Part shown: positions 55,079-64,000 of the stretch, piece by piece
Numbering within the stretch: position 1 is the first letter of the stretch
Layout of the letters: the number at the start of each line of letters is the position of its first letter
Source of the DNA: Eledone cirrhosa
Lineage: Eukaryota
Assembly: GCA_964016885.1 (NCBI GenBank)
Contig: OZ024742.1
Coordinates: forward strand, 353,400,001 to 353,464,000
DNA length: 64,000 nt
Reading direction: 5' to 3'
The notes under the pieces: generated by a model
Seen by the model: only the letters and a program-made list of their open reading frames with translations
Databases searched by the model: none
Told to the model about the DNA's origin: nothing
Made by a program: the position numbers and the translations under genes

Positions 55079-55226
55079 TCCTGTGTCAGTGTTGAACAAA
55101 AAGTTGACGTGGTTGCCTTAACACCGTATGGCATAACTTCAGGCTGTTCAGTTTGTTTACAAACGAACAAAGCAGCGTTATAATAAGCGTCCGCTAAACT
55201 GATACGTGCATAGATGTATGTGTACC

Positions 55227-57818
55227 TCAGAAGAAATCCACCCAGACCACTTGAAATCACAACAGAACTTACCCACAACCACACCAGACATCACCCTCAA
55301 TCCAACAAAAGACAACCCCCCAACCTCAACACTATGTACCACAGAAATAACGCACCCAGACCACATGAACCAACAACAGAACCCTTGCTCATCAACAACC
55401 ACAACACATACCACCCCCACCATCACACTCATCCTCATGAAACAACAAGCTACAGACCCACACGCAACAGACCAACAAAATATAATCACACAAAACTACA
55501 TTCCTTTTTTAGGGAAAAGCCTGAAATACCAGGATACTCGATGGCCCCCCCTCAGGAGAAACCAAATATAATCAACCTCTCAAAGACACCTCTAACCAAC
55601 ACACAAATCAACATTTTAAGTAAGGGCCTGAAATTTACACCTACACCACGTAAACCAAACTTCCCCGAAATGAAGGATGACATCATGGAATACTGCCGAA
55701 AGCTGCGACTAACGGAATTCTTCCACAACGACACTAACACTGAAGACGAATCACTGGTTAGAAATAAAAGCAATTTATGCCCACAAACGGGAAGAAATAA
55801 AGCACTGGACACGTACTGCGAACACATCACCAACTTTCCCTATGAAAAAATTACAAATAAACACACGAAATCAAACCTATCTACACACGAATGGGAAGAA
55901 TTATTCACACTTAGAAACAACCCTGAGATAACTATCAAAGAAGCCGATAAAGGCAGTACTGTTGTCATTATGAATACGGACTACTATAGGACCCACGCAC
56001 TTAACATTTTAGAAAACAACACATACTATGGAAAAAACAGAAAACTACAAACACACCAAAAACAATGGGGAACCTTTTGACCTTACTGAATAAATACCGC
56101 AACAGCTTAACCACAAAAGAGTTTAACTATATAAGCCACTTCACATGCAATACAAGCTCTTTTTACGGCTTACCGAAACTCCACAAATGTAAACCCATAA
56201 ACGATGCATGTGACACCTCAACCAACAATTACATTGAACTAACACCACCAGAAGACATAAAACTCAGGCCAATTATAGCATGCCCTACATGTGAAACCCA
56301 CAGACTTAGCAACTTTCTGGATATCCTACTGAAACCCTTTCTACAACATATACAGAGCTACATACGAGATGACCTTGACATGCTGAAACACCTCCCTAAA
56401 ACAGTAAATGCAAATACAATTCTTGTCTCCTTTGACGTAATAAACCTATACACAAACATACCCCACAACTATGGAATAACAGCAGTCCAATACTGGCTTA
56501 ACACACACCCATCAGAAATACCGACACGCATCAACACAGATTTTATCACTGACGGACTCCGCTTTATCCTACAAAATAACTACTTCACATTCAATGGTTC
56601 AACATACAGACAAGTATCAAGTACGGCAATGGGCACGAAAGTAGCACCCACATATGCCAACCTAGTCATGGGATTCCATGAACAACAAATATACAGTCAG
56701 TCCCTTCTCTTATTTGGAGACTATTTCCACACACACCTCAAAGCCAATTGGAAAATATATCTAGACGACTGCTTTATCCTATGGCAAGAAGACATGAACT
56801 CACTTACTACGTTTAAAAACATGATAAACAACATAGATAATAACATACAATTCACAATGGAATCCAATCCTAAGGAATTAGCCTTCTTGGATATTCTCAT
56901 CTCTGTAATAGACGGGAAATTAGATACAGATATATTCTATAAACCCACATATTCCAAGCAATACCTATTTTTCACATCAAGTCACCCCAAACATACAAAA
57001 CTTAACATTCCTTACAATTTGGCCAGACGTATATGTACCATAGTATCAGATCCACCTAAACGGGAGCAAAGACTAAAGGAACTAAAAGACACCCTTATCT
57101 TAAAAGCCTTTCCACTTGAAATAATCAACAATGGAATAGACACGGCAAAACACCTAAATCCCCATCAACTTAACAATCCAAAACAGAAAACCACACTCAA
57201 CACCCTGCCATATGTATCCACTTTCAACCCCAGAAATACCGAAATGTTTGATCACCTACACAAAAACCTCCCAATATACTTAAAGATGTAAAAATGAATT
57301 CTATTCTTGAAACACACAAGATTCTTAAAAGTAAAAGACAACCCAAATCACTTAAACGCATTCTCACTGGACCAAATATACCCAAACCAATCCTCAACCC
57401 TACAGTTACCAAATGTGGTAGAACAAATTGTGGAACGTGCCTCTACCTCACTGAAGGACAAACATTTACATTCAAAGATGGCCAAACATTTACAATAAAA
57501 AACAATTTCACCTGCAACTCGGAGAACTTGATTTACGCAATAACTTGCGGTGGGTGCAAACACAACTACATAGGACAGACGGGCACCTCATTACGCAAAA
57601 GAATGACCATCCACCGCCAACAAATCCGGGACGCTAACACAAGAAAAATCCCCTTGAGCAGCCATATTGCGAACTGCGCAGGAATGACACTACCCAACTT
57701 TAAAATCTTCCCCTTCTACAAGTGCTCAGATTCGTTCACACAGCAACAAAGAATAAACAAAGAAAATTTATTCCTTAACAACTTTAAACCAAAACTAAAC
57801 GGGTTATCACCCCAATAG
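55227..57818 (+). pseudogene. PLE polyprotein, frameshifted (ORFs 55214-56080, 56065-57291, 57294-57818)
   Basis: ILSKGLKFTP, ADKGSTVV, YGLPKLHK, FDVINLYTNI, YLDD, CGRTNCGTC, NLIY..CGGC..YIGQT. Confidence 0.92.
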
Positions 57819-58253
57819 AATTGTCATAAAATATAAACACACATACGCACGGAATCACTACTATTAAAGACCAGAGACCAATTCTGTAGAATCAGGTTTA
57901 TTCGTTGACAGACCATGCCTTTGTGTGACCAACACATCCACGTTAAACCCTGCACGTGCACACACATATATCTATATATATATGCGCACACAGAATTCAC
58001 CACTGTCGGTTGCGGGGCCCAATCTACATGAAGAACTCAATGTGATCAGAATGACTTGTATTTTAATTTCACTGTCCCAACTTCTTATATTATGGAAAAC
58101 ATATATGTGTATGTATGTATATATATATATATTTGGAGGCCATTTCTCTGTGTGTGGGTGTATGTATGTGTATATGTGTGTGTGTATGTGTGTGCATGTG
58201 GATGTATGTATTGTGTGTGTGTGTGTATGTATGTGTGTATCTGGATGTATGTG

Positions 58254-58284
<31 letters not shown>

Positions 58285-58370
58285 ATATATGTGTGTATGT
58301 GTATATATATGTGTATGTGTGTGTGTATATATATGTATATATATGTGTGTGTGTGTGTATGTGTGGGTGG

Positions 58371-58454
<84 letters not shown>

Positions 58455-58509
58455 ATATATGTGTGTATCTGGATGTATGTGTATCTATATATATGTGTGT
58501 GTGTGTATG

Positions 58510-58540
<31 letters not shown>

Positions 58541-59003
58541 ATGTGTATATATGTGTGTGTGTGTGTGTGTATGTGTGTATGTATATGTATATGTGTGTGT
58601 GTATGTATGTGTGTATATGTATATATATATATATATGTATATGTAAATGTATATGTATGTATGTGTGGATGAAGGTATGTGTGTATATATAGGTGTAAGT
58701 GCACTAAATCCCTTTCTATCACGCTCCACTCTCCTACCCACCACAGGAAGATATATGTATGTATATTGCTTCCAACCCCTCACTGACCAGCAGCTGGCCA
58801 GTTGGCCATTGCTAAATCTGACCTTTATAAAATAACCCACACCCCAAATAACTTCCCATTCACTACCAGAAAGGGACACAGCAGTCAACTGTTGTTGCTA
58901 CCTAGATGAAAACTACTATGGAATCCCACAATGAATTTTATACTTGAATTTTCAAATCTCAAATTTTAACTCTTCGTATTATTAATTTTTCTTAATATTA
59001 ATC

Positions 59004-59051
59004 AACATTTGAAAAGATGGCTTTTGCAGACCCATCGAAACCGGTCATTTT
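59004..59051 (+). ncRNA. Minimal hammerhead motif (U3-A8) in PLE 3' pLTR
   Basis: AU-UUGAAAA-GAUGG[11 nt]CCAUC-GAAA-CCGG-UC-AU. Confidence 0.72.
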
Positions 59052-59189
59052 TTATACCCGTTATTATTTCCTTACCTTATAAAATTATATGTATTTTCAC
59101 AAAAAAGTATTCTGTCTCTCATATATTCCATGTGCCATTACCAACCTCAATTTTCTCTATAACCTTCGTTTTGTGTGGAAAATTACACT

Positions 59190-59234
<45 letters not shown>

Positions 59235-59346
59235 TGCTACTGTACGTATGTATACATATATGTATGTACGTATACATACATACTTACATTTAAATAAGTG
59301 CCGTACTAAGAGTGAGAAATGAAATTTCGTTTTCATTTTATTTCAA

Positions 59347-60062
<716 letters not shown>

Positions 60063-60210
60063 CACTTCCGTTGTGCACTTCATCCCTTATAAAATAAGAA
60101 AATTTCTGGTATAGAAATGACTTCCACAGAAGCATAAGAGTTTCATTCGGACGAAGCCATCATGAATGTACATTCCTGATGATTTTACAAACATAAAACT
60201 GTCCTTGTCA

Positions 60211-60295
<85 letters not shown>

Positions 60296-60665
60296 CATAT
60301 ATATATATTATAACAGTCGGGGACCGGCGGCTCAGCTGTGACATTTGAACAGCCAGCTGCAGATATATAAAGATATTACTATAGTTATTGAGCATTCTTC
60401 GATATATACCGTACCGCTCTTTTCTCCTCTCTCTTGCTCTCGTTGTCTCTACGTCTGCCTGTCTCTCTCCGTCTGTCTATGTATATATATATATTTCTAT
60501 ATACTTATTCATATACATCGACTCATATGCATACTCACATGCATATATATATATATATATATATATATTCATAGAGAAATTTATGTTTATGCATATCTGA
60601 GTGTGTGTGCGAGAGAGACAAAGTGAAAAGTAGAGAGAAGATGAACGTTTGAAGTATAAATACAA

Positions 60666-60793
<128 letters not shown>

Positions 60794-61300
60794 TGTATCA
60801 GTATAAATTTTTATAGCTGTTGCATCTCTGATATGATTTGCTTCTTTATCTGGAAAAGAGAATATTGAAACAACAAAAGAAATCCATCATAACTCGTGCG
60901 CAATCCATTACAATGTGATAGTCAGGATTAATAGAGTGAGGCGTTATGGGAGCTAATGCACTTTTTATCCCAAACCATGATGAATCATTAATTGTAGCTT
61001 CACTAAGCAAGAGGTTTCCTAAGCTGTTATTTTATTCAAATGAAAAAACAATTAGGGAAATAAAAGGGGGATTTGATTTATACGTAAAGAGTGTATTCCA
61101 CAAATATATCTTATACAAATATATATATTTAATCCTTCCTTGCCAAATGCTCCCTATTTTGTTGTAAGTAAATGTCAATTTTTTTTCAAATACAATACAT
61201 AAATATATAGGCTTTTTTTATAGGTTTGTTCACACTCAGTAGGAGTGCATGTCTCTGATACGTGTATCTTCATAGTACTCTACATTTATCCATATATATC

Positions 61301-61979
61301 ATCGGTGAAGTTGGCACCCTTAACTCACGGTTGGGTGCGGATGCATTCATGTATATGTGTGTGTCCGCATGTATCTGTGTGTTTTTAAATATATTGTTAA
61401 TAACTCCCTCTGGTCGAGCAATCTTTGAGGTGTGGGGACTGCTGGAAAGCTTCCATTACTCATACTTTTCGCCTCCTTCACCACCTCTTCTACGGTTTCG
61501 ATATGAATACCCCCCCCCGCCTCCGTGGTATTTTCTTCGGGGTTATAAGAGGCTTAGCTCTATTTCTCGACCGTTATATCGCGTGACTATCTCACCCTCC
61601 GCCTTTTGGGATTCTTTCTCACGTCGTGTAGACGCGTTCTTGAGACTAGTAAAATGAGGTATCCTCTTGATAAGTCGGCAGACCTCGCAAGGACTCTATA
61701 TCTTTATGATGTATTGTTTTTGTTTATGCCACGAAACTACGTAGTCGAGGAATCTAGGAGCAGTTTAGGTATGATACATTTTATTACTAATTATATCTAA
61801 ATGTTTCTTCTCTCTTCATAATGTATTTTTAACTCTGATACTGGTTCAGTCTAGTTCAACCGGATTGGTATGTCCCAGTCATTCATTGAGCAACATCGGT
61901 GAAGTTGGCACCCTTAACTCACGGTTGGGTGCGGATGCATTCATGTATATGTGTGTGTCCGCATGTATCTGTGTGTTTC

Positions 61980-61985
<6 letters not shown>
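61301..61985 (+). mobile_element. Family A element, 1.15 units (period 594), circularly permuted relative to 993-1890
   Basis: 61301-61390 repeated at 61895-61985; high similarity to 993-1583. Confidence 0.88.
61662..61751 (+). ncRNA. Type I hammerhead motif, family A
   Basis: tcctcTTGATAAgtcggca..tgccacGAAACTACGTAGTCgagga. Confidence 0.8.
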
Positions 61986-62073
<88 letters not shown>

Positions 62074-62220
62074 AATATATATATATAAATATATACATAT
62101 ATATATTTATATATATACATATATATATTTATATATACATATATATATTTATATATATACATATATATATTTATATATATACATATATATATGTATGTAT
62201 GTATATATACCCCTTTTATA

Positions 62221-62265
62221 GCTCTGACGAATCCTACGGTTAGGTAAGGAAGAAACATTGTAAGC
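62221..62265 (+). ncRNA. Isolated minimal hammerhead motif within (TA)n
   Basis: GCU-CUGACGA-A-UCCU..AGGA-A-GAA-AC-AUU-GU-A-AGC. Confidence 0.62.
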
Positions 62266-62431
62266 CAATAAAAATATGTTAATGTTGTAGACGCTCTTGT
62301 GTTCTTTACCATATGTATGTGTATGTATATATATATATATATATATGTACATGCATGTATACATATGTATGTATATATAATATATATATATATATATATT
62401 ATATGTATGTATGTATATATATGTATGTATG

Positions 62432-62470
<39 letters not shown>

Positions 62471-62513
62471 ATATATGTATATATATATATATATGCATGT
62501 CTATATATATATA

Positions 62514-62562
<49 letters not shown>

Positions 62563-62596
62563 ATATTAATATATATATATATGCATGTATATATGC

Positions 62597-63552
<956 letters not shown>

Positions 63553-63614
63553 ATATATATACATATGCATGTATGCATGCATGTATGTATGTATGTATGT
63601 ATGTATGTATACAT

Positions 63615-64000
63615 AGTTGGTGCTACTGGTAGCATGTATTCCAGTACAACCCGTCCCATGGTCGTGTCGTTGGCGACTAAACTGGCAACCCTACCAAGGT
63701 TTTTTGGTGAGGAGGGTGACTTTGGATATACTGCAGGACTAAAAACAAAAGCTGTCAAAGGGCAAAGGTGCTCTTAAGATTCAATGGCCAGTCAAAATTA
63801 CCGGGAGAGATGACCACTTAGCCTTTGTCAAGGCAGAATTCTCGGAGAAGGAAAACTATGATATAACACCAACAACCCTGATGGTATCCAATGATGTTGA
63901 CTTGTTCTTCTTTTTGGTAAATATCATCTTGGTTAAGAGAGTGGGACTGGCTTCGTGCAGGGCCTTTGCTCACTATAAAAGCATCACGGCACAGGCATTG
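63615..64000 (+). mobile_element. Probable RTE-type LINE 5' UTR with a decayed HDV-like ribozyme (~63630-63687)
   Basis: gtgtcgttggcgactaa P4/J4-2-like motif; ggagaaggaaaact motif recalled from RTE 5' UTRs; no ORF within the window. Confidence 0.5.

Larger units (their letters stand above)
55227..59193 (+). mobile_element. PLE (Neptune-like), related to but distinct from 22908-27407
   Basis: RT+GIY-YIG ORFs, 3' region with HHR. Confidence 0.92.

Overview
AT-rich eukaryotic (metazoan) genomic DNA with no recognisable host gene. The SINE family, the (TA)n/(TG)n-saturated background and the retroelement mix suggest an octopod cephalopod (Octopus); this is inference. The window is almost entirely retroelement-derived. 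It contains five Penelope-like elements (PLEs; RT and/or GIY-YIG, at least three clades) plus many pLTR-only, inverted and fold-back derivatives. It also has four Tx1/L1-type LINEs (three in a head-to-tail array separated by (ATT)n), Vingi/Ingi-, R4/Dong- and RTE-type fragments, and tRNA-derived SINEs. The main unannotated signal is RNA-level: more than 20 type-I hammerhead ribozyme (HHR) motifs from about 10 sequence families, found and folded by eye. They include U3-A8 core covariants, a recurrent U10.1.U11.1 variant, a GCAA-for-GAAA variant and one HHR with a branched 44-nt stem II insertion. Two HHR families occur as non-coding ~590-600 nt tandem, permuted units. This is the architecture expected of retrozyme-like circular-RNA parasites mobilised by PLE enzymes. 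No activity has been demonstrated.
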